This document shows, one piece after another, positions 62,168-64,000 of a stretch of DNA of 64,000 bases; positions within the stretch are counted from its first letter, which is position 1, and each line of letters opens with the position of its first letter. The position numbers and the translations under genes are program-made. A model generated the notes under the pieces. That model saw only the letters and a program-made list of their open reading frames with translations, was not told where the DNA came from and did not search any database. Origin of the DNA: Paraspadella gotoi (taxonomy: Eukaryota > Animalia > Chaetognatha); the NCBI GenBank assembly GCA_051294375.1, contig CM119271.1:2308677-2372676 (forward strand), written 5' to 3'.

Positions 62168-62704
62168 TATAAGGATAGTACTTTATACGACAATATAACC
62201 TACTACGGAAATTCAAAAAAATATAAAATTAATTTTTTTTATAAATTGATGCTTACTGGTGATACGTTGTTTAAAATTGACTTTTAAAATTTTCATACGT
62301 AACTTTCACTACGCTCGATTGATCATATTGCTTCACCGTGACTCCATTTACTCCTTGTACTTTCTCACATAACCGAATAATTCATTCTCACTGACGCCCC
62401 GAGTGAAACATGAAACTCTCCACCTTCCCATGGACCCGTCGACCCAGTGCCCTTTTGACCCAGGTCCCCTCCTCGATGCATATACATCGCGTATATTCTC
62501 GGATCCGCGGGCGAAGAGCAGTTCATTCCCTTTTCACTTTTTCAAGTTCGCTCGTTCGCGCGGTCGCACGTTAGCACGTTCGCACGTTCGCACGTTCGAG
62601 GGTAAGACCGGCACGTCCTACTTTCGCCTGGTTCTATCGCCCCTATAAATCGAGTAATTATAGCTTAATCAGATCAGAGGCTATATACGAAAGTATTTAC
62701 TGAC

Positions 62705-62709
<5 letters not shown>

Positions 62710-62765
<56 letters not shown>

Positions 62766-62769
62766 GAGT

Positions 62770-62805
<36 letters not shown>

Positions 62806-62820
62806 GAGAGAGAAGAGACT

Positions 62821-62860
<40 letters not shown>
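62710..62860. repeat. Long imperfect (GA)n tract; a complementary (TC)n tract lies at 63644-63690
   Basis: Direct observation. Confidence 0.9.
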
Positions 62861-62864
<4 letters not shown>

Positions 62865-63641
62865 GATAACCGATTGAGTTATGAATGACTGTAAACGAAA
62901 CCCGAAATCAGATATCTCATTCAGTGATGGGCTGATGGCGTCGTCGTCGTCATTCTCGTCGTCGTCGAGAAATCGGCGACCGGAGAAAACTGATGTCGCT
63001 TCGCATTAACTCGTCGCCATGGAGACGAAAGGCAAAACGTGAAGAGTGAGGAAAGGAAAGATGGCCGGCGGGAGGAAAGGGCTGAGGGAGAGAATGGTAG
63101 AAGTTGAAGTGGTTACAGGGAGTGGGGAAAGGGAGCGGAAGTCGGTGGAGCTGGAAAGAGTCGGGATGGTCGGGGGGAAGAGGGAAAAGGAGCGAGAGTC
63201 GAAGGGCGGAAAGGCCAGAGGAAAATTGGTGAGAGTGATATAAGGGGTAAAAGGAGCAGAGATCGTTGGAGCTGAAAGGAGCCCGGGGGGAGCGGGATCG
63301 CGGGCAGCGGTGGGTTAAAGGAGTAGGAGTCGAAGGCGGAAATGCCTGAGGAAAGATGGTAGGTGGAGTGATCGAAAGCAATAAAGTCGTTGGAGCTAGA
63401 AGAAGCCGAGAGGGGAAGGAAGCAAGAAGGCCGGGTGAGAGGAGCAGGTCAAGCTGTAAGAAGGAGAGCGGTAGAAATCTAGGTCAAAGTTTTGAAGTTT
63501 GAAGAGTCAATTTGCGGAGAAAGTCGCTGAGGGGAAAGAGTGGAGGTTTATTGAGGCAAAGGGAGGAGGAAGAGGAAGAGGATTTTGGAAAGTATCTTTT
63601 AAAGAAGGGTGAAATAACATACACGATGTGCTGAATTAGAC

Positions 63642-63690
<49 letters not shown>

Positions 63691-64000
63691 ATTTCCCTTT
63701 CAGTAGCGAGCCAATGACCCATCATTCTCTCGACCTTCTTCGGTGCCCAATTTATTTGCAAAGCTTGCCAGAAAGGGCGCTGCTTCTAACCTGTCGAAAT
63801 ATTGGCAAAGGTCCCTTGTTCAATGGTGCTTAACTAAAGTCTACATGTAGACATATAAATATCCGATGATATTTGGTCGTTTTTTTCCGCGGTCGTTGAA
63901 CAACTTGATGGTTTTCTTATTGAGGAAAGCGAAGCCAAATAAAGAATCCCATCCCATCCCATAAACGCTTTGACCATTTAGTTTGACTTCCCGACTTCGA

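Noticed and set aside
62950-63381. Pro/Ser-rich ORF (143 aa, minus) and Arg/Gly/Glu-rich ORF (plus)
   Set aside because: Both are by-products of the purine/pyrimidine strand skew, with non-ATG starts, no domain and no convincing splice context.
59400-64000. Spliced-leader RNA gene
   Set aside because: I could not identify a convincing leader, GT donor and Sm-site arrangement, and the organism's SL sequence is unknown.

Overview
Eukaryotic (metazoan, probably invertebrate) genomic DNA from a compact genome: GC/CpG-rich exons, short AT-rich GT-AG introns and short intergenic gaps. I find 16 protein-coding genes and all lie on the minus strand. In transcription order (high to low coordinate) they are: MAU2, family member A, SF3B3, GTF3C1, family members B and C, an SMB-domain class-B/adhesion-type GPCR, MED1, a FAAP100-like gene, a single-pass membrane protein, family members D, E and F, a secreted F5/8-type-C-like protein, Deltex and a type II thioesterase. 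The most notable signal is a six-member family I cannot assign to a named gene. Each member has an N-terminal MADS-box-like dimerisation fold lacking the DNA-binding basic residues, an acidic NLS/SUMO-motif linker and a shared C-terminal helical domain. The members are interleaved with housekeeping genes in an operon-like co-directional array. Also present are a TIR-bearing interspersed repeat, an LTR-like remnant with an unusually long tRNA-Leu primer-binding site, a foldback element and microsatellites. All family assignments come from my recall of protein families, not from database searches.
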